Shown here: in pieces, positions 1-10,418 of the stretch
Numbering within the stretch: the first letter of the stretch is position 1
Layout of the letters: the number at the start of each line of letters is the position of its first letter
NCBI RefSeq assembly: GCF_001468035.1
Contig: NZ_LNZA01000001.1
Span: 1,275,313 to 1,307,312, forward strand
Direction of reading: 5' to 3'
Source of the DNA: Legionella tucsonensis
GTDB lineage: Bacteria; Pseudomonadota; Gammaproteobacteria; Legionellales; Legionellaceae
Length of the DNA: 32,000 bases
Translations under genes and position numbers: made by a program
Notes under the pieces: generated by a model
Database searches by the model: none
What the model was told of the DNA's origin: nothing
What the model saw: only the letters and a program-made list of their open reading frames with translations

Positions 1-269
1 CCTATCAGTGTAATCATATTTATGATTCTATTATTGCCTACTGCAAGCTGGAACTATTGAAGACAAAAACTAAATTTAATAATTATGCCATTAAGTAAAA
101 ACTAATTGTAAGAGCTAACCAGATTGCTTCATTCAGATGCGTCGCTTGGTTATGTGATGAGCTCTCACTGTACATGAAATTCACAAAAAACTTTCTCTTT
201 TTATTAGTAGAGTAAATCGTTGTAGATTACCTTAAAAATTAAAAATAATTAATCTGTACTATAATTTAC

Positions 270-1202
270 ATGCAAAATATAAATTCTGGGAGCATTTGTA
301 TGTCTTCTCATACTAAAAATAGGACTCAAGAAGATATTGATTCCATACATCAATATTACATGGAAATTATCAATTCAATTCCCAATATTGTTTATTGGGT
401 GGATACTGAATGCAATCTAAAAGGATGTAATAACAATTTCATCAAATTATTAGGGGTAAATACACTCAAGGATTTAAAAGGCACTCCTTATCAGCAAATG
501 GAGCGTCTTGCTCATTGGAATAAGAAGCGAATAGAAGAGTTGAAGTTAGATGATATGACAGTAATTTTTTCAGACACTCCGCAACATAACGTAACAGAAA
601 AACCGATTGAGGATAGCTCAGGTAAGACTTTTTACTTCCTCGCATCTCGCATACCTATGCACAATCGCAACAATGAAATAATTGGTTTAATCGTTATTTT
701 AAACGATGTAATCTTAAATCAGAAACTTGAAACCCATTTTGATGTTTTAGATGAAAATAATCAAAAGACTGAGCATTTATTAAAAAAAGACGGTTACTTA
801 CCCACAGTGCTTATGGTAGAGGATAATGTCATCGCGCAAAACGTTGAGAAAGCTCTATTGACTGCATTACATTGCCAAGTTGATATAGCAGACTCAGCTG
901 ATAGCGCAATAAAATTATTTCATCCAGGAAAATATGATTTAGTTTTGATGGATATTGGATTGGAAGACTCTTCAGGTTATGTTGTTGCAAAGCAGTTGCG
1001 CCAAAAAGAAAAAAATACTCAATACCATGTTCCTATAATTGCTTTAACTGGTTTTGAAGCTGATGTTGTAAAATATGATTGTCAACATTACTTTATGGAG
1101 GGAGCAATTAGTAAGCCATTAACTTGCGAACAAGCAGAACAAATTATCAAGCACTATGTGTATCATATGGATGTCTCTGTGTGTGGTTTGAAGACGAGTT
1201 AG
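270..1202 (+). CDS. PAS domain plus C-terminal response-regulator receiver domain, no histidine kinase core
   Basis: N-terminal PAS-like text (EIINSIPNIVYWVDTECNLKGCNNNFIKLLG). C-terminal receiver hallmarks: VLMVEDN, the phosphoacceptor Asp in YDLVLMDIGLEDSSG, the conserved T in IIALTGF and the K in ISKPL. No H-box or N/G-box ATPase motifs. Confidence 0.8.
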   Translation: MQNINSGSICMSSHTKNRTQEDIDSIHQYYMEIINSIPNIVYWVDTECNLKGCNNNFIKLLGVNTLKDLKGTPYQQMERLAHWNKKRIEELKLDDMTVIFSDTPQHNVTEKPIEDSSGKTFYFLASRIPMHNRNNEIIGLIVILNDVILNQKLETHFDVLDENNQKTEHLLKKDGYLPTVLMVEDNVIAQNVEKALLTALHCQVDIADSADSAIKLFHPGKYDLVLMDIGLEDSSGYVVAKQLRQKEKNTQYHVPIIALTGFEADVVKYDCQHYFMEGAISKPLTCEQAEQIIKHYVYHMDVSVCGLKTS

Positions 1203-1239
1203 TATCCTGATATGATCTTTGTTTTTTAAAGAAGACCCT

Positions 1240-2358
1240 ATGAGCAGTAACTCAACTGAAGCCAGCCGTATCTTATCTTTAGATGTTTTTCGTGGATTGA
1301 CCATGGCATTAATGGTTTTGGTCAACAGTCAGGGGACTCGAATTTCCTACCCTATACTGACACATGCTGAATGGGATGGATGTACTTTAGCCGATTTAGT
1401 ATTCCCTGCATTTTTATTTATAGTAGGAATCACTACAGCTATTAGCCTGAAAAGACATATAAAAGAGGAGAGCAAGGCTCTACTTTATAGAAGTATTTTT
1501 ACTCGCACGCTTCTTTTATTTTTCTTTGGAATTTTTCTCAATATGTTTCCAATTCATTTTGAGTTATCAACCTTACGGATTTATGGCATTCTACAGCGTA
1601 TCGCTGCCTGTTATTTCATTTGTGCACTTCTCTATCTTCATACATCAGTTAAAACACAAATTATTATTTTTTTTGGTATTCTTATAGGCTATTGGTATTT
1701 TCTGACTCAGATTCCAATCCCTGTGCCTGGCGCTGATCAATTAAGCATGATAAGAAACTGGCCTGGCTATGTTGATCAGATGCTGCTTTCTCCTACACGT
1801 TTATTATCGAAAACATTTGACCCTGAAGGCCTATTAAGTACTATCCCAGCGAGCGCCACTACACTATTTGGACTTTTATCCGGACATTTTTTGCTGACAT
1901 CATTCAGTAAGCAAAAGAAAAGTATCATCATGATTTCAATAGGGATATTATCTCTCTTAATAGCATGGATATGGAGTTATAACTTTCCAATTAATAAAAA
2001 TTTATGGACAAGCACCTTCGTCTTATGGAGTAGTGGTTTTTCACTTATTGTTTTTAGCATGTGTTTTTTTGTTATTGACGTATTAGGTTATAAAAAATGG
2101 TCATTACCATTCAAGATTTTGGGTATGAATGCATTATTTATTTTTATTTTTCATGTTATTTTACTGAAAATTCAATCCTTGTTTGTTGTCTCTTTACCTA
2201 ATGGATCACAAGATGTCTTGCGAGTTGCAATTGCAGAGTATTTATTTGGAGGTTTTAGTCCACAAAACATAGGACTATTTTATTCATTACTTTTCCTTTT
2301 CTTAAATTTTTTAGTGGCTGCATTTTTATACCGACGAAAAATATTTATTAAAATTTAA
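1240..2358 (+). CDS. Multi-pass membrane protein resembling the heparan-alpha-glucosaminide N-acetyltransferase / DUF5009 (NagX-like) family
   Basis: N-terminus EASRILSLDVFRGLTMALMVLVNSQG typical of the family, many hydrophobic helices. ORF track starts at a TTG (1219); the ATG at 1240 looks like the real start. Confidence 0.75.
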   Translation: MSSNSTEASRILSLDVFRGLTMALMVLVNSQGTRISYPILTHAEWDGCTLADLVFPAFLFIVGITTAISLKRHIKEESKALLYRSIFTRTLLLFFFGIFLNMFPIHFELSTLRIYGILQRIAACYFICALLYLHTSVKTQIIIFFGILIGYWYFLTQIPIPVPGADQLSMIRNWPGYVDQMLLSPTRLLSKTFDPEGLLSTIPASATTLFGLLSGHFLLTSFSKQKKSIIMISIGILSLLIAWIWSYNFPINKNLWTSTFVLWSSGFSLIVFSMCFFVIDVLGYKKWSLPFKILGMNALFIFIFHVILLKIQSLFVVSLPNGSQDVLRVAIAEYLFGGFSPQNIGLFYSLLFLFLNFLVAAFLYRRKIFIKI

Positions 2359-2486
2359 GCAATTGATTATCTGAACTCAGAGGCATGAGCCGATCTTTGT
2401 CGGAGCTTACATATTGTTCATTTTTCATGAGTTAGCTATAATAATAGGTTAGATTAAACTATCTGAAGTCAATGGAGTCGTTTTCG

Positions 2487-2774
2487 ATGCCAATTTATGA
2501 ATACCAATGTACAAGTTGCAATCATCATTTTGATTTAATGCAAAAAATCAGTGACGAGCCTGTAAAGCAGTGCCCTGTATGTTATCAAAATACTGTAATT
2601 AAGCTTATTTCTGCGGCTGGCTTTCAACTTAAGGGCAGCGGTTGGTATGCTACTGATTTTAAAAATAAAAACAGCAAACCCCAGGAAACAGCAAAAAATG
2701 ACGATTCCGCTTCAACGGATAAAACAAAAGATACTTCCTCATCAAAAACTACACAAGATGGTGATACCAAGTGA
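2487..2774 (+). CDS. FmdB-family zinc-ribbon regulatory protein
   Basis: MPIYEYQCTSCNHHFDLMQKISDEPVKQCPVC with two CxxC pairs, low-complexity Lys/Thr/Ser tail. Start moved to the ATG giving MPIYEYQC. Confidence 0.88.
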   Translation: MPIYEYQCTSCNHHFDLMQKISDEPVKQCPVCYQNTVIKLISAAGFQLKGSGWYATDFKNKNSKPQETAKNDDSASTDKTKDTSSSKTTQDGDTK

Positions 2775-3400
2775 AAACAATGTCATTAAGAAGCTACTTA
2801 CTCACTGGCTTGGTAGTATGGTTACCTATACTTATAACCATAGGTGTGCTACGCTTTATTATTGAATTACTCGACAATACCTTGGCTTTAATTCCTAAAG
2901 CATATCAGCCTGAACAACTCATTGGACATTATATTCCAGGTCTGGGAGTTATCTTATCACTTATCATTCTACTCACTACTGGCATAATTGCTACCAATTA
3001 TTTAGGACAACGGTTAGTAGCGTGGGGGGAGTCTATTCTTAGCAGAATTCCTCTGGTTCGCACAATTTATAAAACAGTAAAACAAGTAATTAATACAGTA
3101 TTATCCACAAACAGTGAAGCCTTCCGTAAAGTGGTTTTAATAGAGTATCCCCGTAAAGGGTTATGGAGTATCGCCTTTCAGACAGGTTCAGCAAATGCTG
3201 TAATAAATAATAAAGTAAAGGATGACATGATATCTTTATTTATGCCGACCACTCCTAACCCCACATCAGGTTTTCTTATTATGCTTCCTAGAAGTGATGT
3301 AATGGAGTTAGATATGAGTATTGATGAGGCACTAAAACTTATAATTTCTTTAGGAGTAATGCCGCCACCATCAGAGGCAGCATTAGCAAATAATCTGTAA
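2771..3400 (+). CDS. DUF502-family membrane protein
   Basis: LRSYLLTGLVVWLPILITIGVL and RIPLVRTIYKTVKQV motifs. Overlaps the upstream gene by 4 bp and sits directly before aspS, a common arrangement. Confidence 0.85.
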   Translation: MKTMSLRSYLLTGLVVWLPILITIGVLRFIIELLDNTLALIPKAYQPEQLIGHYIPGLGVILSLIILLTTGIIATNYLGQRLVAWGESILSRIPLVRTIYKTVKQVINTVLSTNSEAFRKVVLIEYPRKGLWSIAFQTGSANAVINNKVKDDMISLFMPTTPNPTSGFLIMLPRSDVMELDMSIDEALKLIISLGVMPPPSEAALANNL

Positions 3401-3422
3401 AATTTAAATAGGCGGTTTTTAT

Positions 3423-5204
3423 ATGCGTACACACTACTGTTTGGGCGTGGATGAGTCAAGTTTAGGCAAAGAGGTTACTGTATGTGGTTGGGTACATCAT
3501 CGTCGCGATCATGGTGGTGTAATATTTCTCGATATTCGTGATAGTTCAGGTCTATTACAAGTAGTATATGAACCGGAAAATAAAATATCTTTTGCAGATG
3601 CAGAAAAACTACGCTCTGAGTTTGTTGTTCGAATTACTGGAATTGTACGTAAAAGACCTGATGGAATGATTAATGAAACCATGGCTACAGGCAAAGTCGA
3701 AGTGGTCGGTTCCAAATTGGAGATTCTTAATCAATCACCTACGCCGCCATTCTTACCCGACGATTTCCAAGTCGTAAATGAAGACCTACGTTATAAGTAT
3801 CGTTATATCGATTTACGACGTCCTTCAATGAAGCATAAATTAGTTGTAAGACATCAGTTGAATCACTGTATTCGAAGTTATCTCAATCAACATAACTTTC
3901 TTGATATTGAGACACCAATGCTTACTAAGGCAACTCCAGAGGGAGCTCGTGATTACTTGGTACCCTCTAGGGTTCATCCTGGATCATTTTATGCCTTGCC
4001 TCAATCGCCGCAGCTGTTTAAACAACTATTAATGATTTCGGGTTTTGACAAGTATTATCAGATTGTTCGTTGTTTTCGTGATGAAGATTTACGTGCTGAC
4101 AGGCAGCCAGAGTTTACGCAACTTGATATTGAAATGGCTTTTATTGATGAAGAAAATATTTTAAATCTTATTGAAGGTTTGTTAAAAGTAGTGTTTAAGC
4201 AAATTCTTAATGTGGATTTGCCTGAAAAGTTACATAGAATGTCTTATGCTGAAGCAATGCGACGATTTGGTAGTGATAAACCTGATTTACGTAATCCTTT
4301 AGAGCTGATTGATGTTGCAGACTTAGTTAAGGAATGTGATTTTAAAGTATTTTCTGCTGCCGCTAATGATTCAGAGTCCCGAGTGATCGCCTTGTGCCTG
4401 CCTGGTGGTTGTGATCTCAGCAGAAAAGATTTGGATGATTACGGTCGTTTTGCAGGTATTTATGGTGCTAAAGGTCTTGCCTACATTAAGGTAAATAATC
4501 TTGATGAAGGAATAGATGGTTTACAATCACCTATTTTAAAGTTTCTTTCTGCAGAAGCTGTACATGCAATTTTACAACGTACAAAGGCTCAATCGGGAGA
4601 TGTAATTTTCTTTGGCTCCGATAAAAATCATATCGTTAACGAATCGATGGGTGCCTTAAGAATAAAATTGGGACATGATAGAAAACTACTGAAAGAGGGC
4701 TGGGAGTTATTATGGATTGTTGATTGGCCAATGTTTGAAATGGACCATGAGAGCAACAAATTAAATCCAATGCATCATCCTTTTACTTCTCCAAAAGATC
4801 TGTCACCAGAGAATTTACGTGCTTATCCAACACACACATTGGCGAAGGCTTATGATATAGTAATTAATGGTTATGAAATTGGTGGAGGGTCTATACGTAT
4901 TCACCAATCAGATTTACAAAAAGCAGTTTTTGAGTTGCTCGGAATTAATGCGCAAGAAGCCCAAGAAAAGTTTGGTTTCTTGTTGGATGCCTTACAATAT
5001 GGGGCACCTCCGCATGGTGGTATTGCCCTGGGTATTGATCGTTTAGCTATGTTACTTACAGATTCAACGTCAATTAGAGATGTGATTGCTTTTCCTAAAA
5101 CTCAAACAGCATCATGTCTTTTAACGAGTGCGCCATCGCCTACGGGCAGCGCACAATTAACTGAATTGGGAATAAGACTTGCTCCAACTACTCAGACCAA
5201 ATAA
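3423..5204 (+). CDS. aspS: Aspartyl-tRNA synthetase (bacterial type)
   Basis: Full-length 593 aa: OB-fold N-terminus ([19 protein letters not shown]), class II motifs ([45 protein letters not shown]), motif 3 ([14 protein letters not shown]). Confidence 0.98.
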   Translation: MRTHYCLGVDESSLGKEVTVCGWVHHRRDHGGVIFLDIRDSSGLLQVVYEPENKISFADAEKLRSEFVVRITGIVRKRPDGMINETMATGKVEVVGSKLEILNQSPTPPFLPDDFQVVNEDLRYKYRYIDLRRPSMKHKLVVRHQLNHCIRSYLNQHNFLDIETPMLTKATPEGARDYLVPSRVHPGSFYALPQSPQLFKQLLMISGFDKYYQIVRCFRDEDLRADRQPEFTQLDIEMAFIDEENILNLIEGLLKVVFKQILNVDLPEKLHRMSYAEAMRRFGSDKPDLRNPLELIDVADLVKECDFKVFSAAANDSESRVIALCLPGGCDLSRKDLDDYGRFAGIYGAKGLAYIKVNNLDEGIDGLQSPILKFLSAEAVHAILQRTKAQSGDVIFFGSDKNHIVNESMGALRIKLGHDRKLLKEGWELLWIVDWPMFEMDHESNKLNPMHHPFTSPKDLSPENLRAYPTHTLAKAYDIVINGYEIGGGSIRIHQSDLQKAVFELLGINAQEAQEKFGFLLDALQYGAPPHGGIALGIDRLAMLLTDSTSIRDVIAFPKTQTASCLLTSAPSPTGSAQLTELGIRLAPTTQTK

Positions 5205-8200
5205 CATATTAAAGCTTGGTAGAAATCTTGCTAACCTTATAAAAAAATCGTTTTCCCCTGCGAAGTCAAGGATTTTCTTTCCACTTGGTACTAAAGCCAA
5301 TTTGGAAAAGGATCTGTGCATTCGCAGGAATGCTTCCTTCTTAGAGAAAATAAGCACATTGATTGTAAATCGAAGATATTGGGCGCTTTTATTTTTTATA
5401 TTTTTTTGTTCTACTTTTGCTACAGCTGCTCCTGCTCCTGCTTCTGTAAAAAAACAGGCTACATTTACTGAATATTTAACTCAAGAAAAAATACATTTAA
5501 CGACTGCCATTCAGGATGCAAAACAGCCAATACAGCTTAAAAGCGAGAAAGAGTTTAGTGCCAAAATGAAGCAAGTGTCAGCGATACTTTCAATGACAAG
5601 TGTTAAAATTGCCAGTTTAGAAAACTTTCTCGATCATCAAAGTAAAGAACAAAACATTTTAAATCAACGTTTAAAGCTGCTTCAACAGATGCCTATCGTC
5701 AAGGAAAATACAACCATTCCTGAGCGAGTAGAAAAAGTGGAGAATTTGCTGACTATTAACAAACAAACGACGGAACTCGTAATTGAAAATCTAAAGCTTG
5801 CCAAGGAATACCAAGATGCTATCAATGACGAAATAAAACATTTGGAATTGTGGCATTCAAACTTTGTACTGGAACAAAAACTCGTACAGATTAAATCATT
5901 AAAAGAGCAGCTCAATAAACGCTTAAATATACTTTATGAAAGCAATGGTACGACTCAACAACCGCTGAAAAAGTCCAAGTCATTAATACAGCTTACAGCA
6001 GCAGATCATGAAGCGATGTTATTGATTAATAATCAAAATATTGCGGCAATTCAAAACCATTTAAACGCTTTAAATATACAAAAAACTGTGGTTAAAGCAG
6101 ATATTATTTATCTTAAAAATCCAGATACAAAAAATTTACAGCTCATTACGGATATTTATAAAGATGCATTAAGTCAATACGCTAAGGTTGAAAAGAATAT
6201 TCGGCAAATTGAAAATTTTTTAGCCAATGAAACTAAACTTGTTGTAGCACCAAGTTTAAAGAGAGAAATAAGCTCTTTACAAAAAACATTGGCACAACAA
6301 CTTAAAGAAGCGAGTATACAAAAACAACTTCTAGTCAAAAGTTTGTCTGATTATCAAGCCCAGCTCAAAAAATTGATATCCTCCCGACAAACCCTTGCCG
6401 ATTACAATATCAGTAGCTGGCCAATTATTCTCAAGAAAATAGCAGCTATTCCAAGTTTGTTCTATAAATACATAAAGACATTAAGCGTAAAGGTTTATGA
6501 CAGCTATTTATGGCTAAGTCCTTTATCCATGGTAATCTTATGGGGAGGATTTGCTTTTATTGCAATTTTTTTCTTTATGATAAGTCGTATATTAAAGATA
6601 TTACGACGCGACAAAGAGCGATCACGATTAACAGGTTACCTATATGATGGAGTTCTCGTTTTAGTACAAAGAAATTTACCTTATTTATGTATCGCGACTA
6701 TGTTATGGGCATTGCTTTACATAACTCATATTTCTTTTTCCAATTATCAGTTATTCTTTAAATTAATTGTGGTATGGTTTATTTTTAGAATTTTAATTTT
6801 AATAGCACGCTTGGTATTGCTAGAGCGCATCTCTGACTCATCGGGTAAGGACGTCAAACTTTATTACCGTTTAAAATGGCTATTACTATTCGGTGGCTGG
6901 ACTACTGCCTTAATGAATGTTGGTCATTTACTCCCTTTATCGATACTTCTTCAAGATATATTTAATCGCTTATTTATGCTCTTTATTTTAACAATTTCTT
7001 TGGTGGCATGGAAAAGTAAAGATGTTATTCCTTATCTTCTAGGTCCTATGCTAAAGAGTCAAAAAGGATACGTCAAAAACGCTATTTCCTTGTTGGTTAT
7101 TCTAATTCCTACAACATTGTTTACGACGGCCGTAATTGGGTTATTAGGATTTATTAGTTTGGCATGGAGCATGAGCCAATATCAGGCTTATGTATTACTC
7201 GTACTTGTAGGATATATTTTTGCCAGAGGTTTATTGTTTGATGCCCTGGAATTATTTTCTGAATTAATGATTTCTTCATTGCGAAATGGATGGTTATGGA
7301 TAGAGGTCTTTTTAAAGCCATTAGATAAGATTTTAAGAGTCCTGCTGCTTTTAGCAAGTTTTCATGTTCTTTTCCAATTGTTTGGTTGGTATTCTGATTC
7401 ATTAGTAATGGTCAGTTTGGGTAAGTTCGCACAATATACTGTTGTAAATATCCCAGGAATCCATATTACTGTTACAAGTACTATAGAATTTTTTATTCTG
7501 CTTGCAGTTTTTGTTTGGGCTTCTAAATGGACACGGGAATTTTGTTATCGCTAGGTATTTAAAAATGCTAAAGATGTAGGGATTCGTAATAGTCTTTCAG
7601 TTTTTAGTCAATATGCGATTGTTCTTTTAGGTGGTTTTGTTTCTCTCCATATACTTGGATTTGATTTTAGCGGTATGTCAATGATTATTGGAGGGCTTGC
7701 TGTAGGTATGGGATTTGGTTTGCGTGATTTTGCCAGTAATATTGTAGGTGGTTTGACGCTACTTGTTGAAAGACCCGTGCGTGAAGGTGATTTAGTGACC
7801 ATTGGTGAGCATGAAGGACGAGTTGCTCATATTGGCATTCGTTCTATGAGAGTTTCTTCCTGGGACAATATGGAAGTTTTGATCCCCAATGCAGAAACTT
7901 TTAATAAACCATTTACTAACTGGACACATCAAGATGGTATTGTTAGAACAGTTATTCCTATAAAGGTTAGTCGCTCTGATGATGCTGTTATGGTTCAGCA
8001 ACTTATACAGGATATCCTGGCTACAACTCCTGAAATCGTTACAGATCCACCTGCTCAAGTTTTCCTTAAGAAGATTGATGAAGCGTTACTTGAGTTTGAG
8101 GCTCGATATTTTATTAACGTTCAAGTACATACCCGTTTTGAAGTACGGTCTAAAGTATTGTTTGCTATTATGGCTCAGTTTAAAGCAGCAAATATTAAGC

Positions 8201-8283
8201 CACCTATTGAACCACTTGCAATTGAATTTAAAGAGGGAGAAGGTGATTTCACGATTAAAAAACAGACCACCACCGAAAACTGA
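5179..8283 (+). pseudogene. Large mechanosensitive channel (MscS family, MscK/MscM-like) interrupted by an in-frame TAG at 7552-7554
   Basis: ORF 5179-7554 and ORF 7675-8283 share a frame. Codons 7555-7674 are open between them and read VFKNAKDVGIRNSLSVFSQYAIVLLGGFVSLHILGFDFSG. The 3' part has the MscS core (GMGFGLRDFASNIVGGLTLLVERPVREGDLV). Start is uncertain (5179, or an in-frame TTG near 5359 before a signal-like segment). Confidence 0.85.
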
Positions 8284-8923
8284 AGCTGAACTGCTCGAGA
8301 GTTGTATCAGTCTTGCAGGCCTAAGTTTTGCACAATTAGGTCTGAACCTGGGTTTATTCATTCCATCTCATCCTAACCAACGAAAAGGATGGGTTGGTCA
8401 AGCAATTGAACTTGCTTTAGGCACTGATGCTCAGAATAAGTCATTACCTGATTTCCAGAACTTAGGTATAGAGCTAAAAACACTTCCTATAAATAAATCA
8501 GGAAGACCCGCCGAATCGACATTTATTACCTCTATTCCTTTGCTTACAATTCATCAACAGCAATGGAAATCATCGCAGTGTTATGCCAAATTAAAACGAG
8601 TTTTATGGATTCCTGTAGAAGGAGATAATGATATTCCTTATCTGCAAAGAAGAGTTGGACAAGGGTTTTTATGGTCACCTGATGAAGTGGAAGAAGGTAT
8701 TTTAGAAGCAGATTGGAATTATTTATCATTTCAAATCAGTAGTGGACATCTTGAAACACTTAATGCGCAATCAGGCGAGTATTTGCAGGTGAGACCTAAG
8801 GCTGCTAGTGGAAAATCATTATGTTACGGTTATGATATTCATGGCAATAAAATCAAAACATTACCTCGTGGATTCTATTTAAGAAGTCGTTTTACTGCAA
8901 AAATTTTATCGTATTCTAAATAG
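8243..8923 (+). CDS. mutH: DNA mismatch repair endonuclease MutH
   Basis: PPPKTEAELLESCISLAGLSFAQLG, KGWVGQAIELALG, DFQNLGIELKTLPI and LRSRFTAKIL match MutH. The ORF track start (7979) overlaps the MscS gene deeply; a GTG at 8243 (or TTG at 8222) is more plausible. Confidence 0.9.
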   Translation: MISRLKNRPPPKTEAELLESCISLAGLSFAQLGLNLGLFIPSHPNQRKGWVGQAIELALGTDAQNKSLPDFQNLGIELKTLPINKSGRPAESTFITSIPLLTIHQQQWKSSQCYAKLKRVLWIPVEGDNDIPYLQRRVGQGFLWSPDEVEEGILEADWNYLSFQISSGHLETLNAQSGEYLQVRPKAASGKSLCYGYDIHGNKIKTLPRGFYLRSRFTAKILSYSK

Positions 8924-9102
8924 AGGTTCGGCCGGGATCCTGATGAAAAGGACCGTTTATAAAAAATACCTGAGCTACATTAGCGTGAAAATATTCACTT
9001 ATACATTTAAAACCCCGCTGGGTTACGCTATGCTAACCAAAGCGATTGGTTCAATTTATAGGTACAAACAGTACAGAATATGTCCTTATTTTGGATAAGA
9101 AA

Positions 9103-9318
9103 ATGAAAATCTTTCATTTGATAATACTGATGTCTATTGGTTTTGCATGAGCTATACCTGCTTTAACACGCTTCCGTAAAATTTTTCTTCCAAACTCAGC
9201 AAAGATTAACAGCAAACCTGCCATTGCTCGACAAGTTGGTATAGTTAAGTCCAAAGCCTCAGTTAGTGAAATTAAACCAGCGAAACTCTATCAAAGTGAA
9301 TTATTTAAAATCAAATAA
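9103..9318 (+). pseudogene. Small secreted-protein ORF interrupted by an in-frame TGA
   Basis: Reads MKIFHLIILMSIGFA*AIPALTRFRKIFLPNSAKINSKPAIARQVGIVKSKASVSEIKPAKLYQSELFKIK* in one frame. TGA at 9148-9150, where Trp (TGG) would complete a signal peptide. Confidence 0.45.
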
Positions 9319-9403
9319 ATTAAAGCAATTGTTTATTTAGTTTGCATTTGCTGCTATCCGAATTAGAAAACCCGGATTACTTTGCAGCATCCGGGAATAG
9401 CAA

Positions 9404-10204
9404 TTATTCTGATTTGGAATGTCCTAAACTAAGCGTGGAAGGCAACATATCTCGTATTTGCTCGACTGGTTGTTTTACTTTTGCCATTAAAAACTCTCTG
9501 AAATTGGCATCCGTAGCGAAGTAGCGAATTGCTCCTTCTACACCTTTATACACACCTACATCAAGCTCTCGTCGCTCCACACTTGCCTTCAAGTCTTGAA
9601 GACGATTGAGATCAACATTGGATTTAGGTGCTGAGAAGAGGGAATAAGCATAAGAGAAAGTACTCCAAATAGAGCTTTTAGTCTCCTCCGCTGCAGTTAT
9701 TTTTTTCCATACCAATATAAACTCAGTTGGGCATAAGGGAGCCATTAATTTAATCATCCGTTGAATATTTGGATTGGAGAGTATTGCTGTATTATCCGTT
9801 GTTCCATCATATTCTGGTTGATTTTTTTTCAAGCACCAGTTGTAAATAATCTTCATTTCATCAAGTTGGTTATGGAAATCTGCCAGACTGAAATTTTGAA
9901 GAATATAGCCAGCAGCACCACAATAAAGAAACATACTTAGAAAATAATTAGCGAATTCAGGAATTGGTAAAAGAAATCCTGCAAGCCAGGTGCCACCCCA
10001 AGCGGTTAAACCAGTGCTCATTCCTTGGAAAAGATACATTAGATTTGCATTGTATTCGAAATCATTAATGTATTTTTTAAGTGCGGCTTGTTGTTCCTCA
10101 TCATTTAAGTTAAATGGCTTTGAAGTTAATATTTTTAAAGCATTAGCTCGGTCTTTTTTTGCCCTTTCAACTGCAGTCATTCCATCAACAGTAAGTTTGC
10201 CCAC
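9404..10204 (-). CDS. Hypothetical protein with a central hydrophobic pair
   Basis: ORF runs to 10306 but a GTG at 10204 is preceded by AAGGAG with 6-nt spacing. The product starts VGKLTVDGMTAVERAKKDRANALKIL. Hydrophobic stretch GGTWLAGFLLPIPEFANYFLSMFLYCGAAGYI. Confidence 0.65.
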   Translation of the reverse strand: MGKLTVDGMTAVERAKKDRANALKILTSKPFNLNDEEQQAALKKYINDFEYNANLMYLFQGMSTGLTAWGGTWLAGFLLPIPEFANYFLSMFLYCGAAGYILQNFSLADFHNQLDEMKIIYNWCLKKNQPEYDGTTDNTAILSNPNIQRMIKLMAPLCPTEFILVWKKITAAEETKSSIWSTFSYAYSLFSAPKSNVDLNRLQDLKASVERRELDVGVYKGVEGAIRYFATDANFREFLMAKVKQPVEQIRDMLPSTLSLGHSKSE

Positions 10205-10418
10205 GATACTCTCCTTGAAAATTACAATAAAAGTCTTATTCATCCTACCTGAAAAAATGGGATTTATGCTATTTCTTTTTATAAAAAATAATCTGAAATT
10301 AACCAAACCGTTTTTTGTCTGTTAGGATTTCAATGCTGATATTTGTCTACTCAAGATAACTACATCATTTTCATCATTATAAGAGCATCAACCATTAGTT
10401 GATGATATCGCTTCCATG

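Noticed and set aside
7979-8242. N-terminal 88 residues of the ORF-track mutH reading
   Set aside because: They overlap the strongly supported MscS-domain frame and show no MutH similarity, so the start was moved to about 8243.
9020-9055. Imperfect palindromes GGTTACGCTATGCTAACC and AACCAA..TTGGTT
   Set aside because: Short arms with mismatches and no T-tract. Possibly a degraded repeat or terminator but not enough to annotate.
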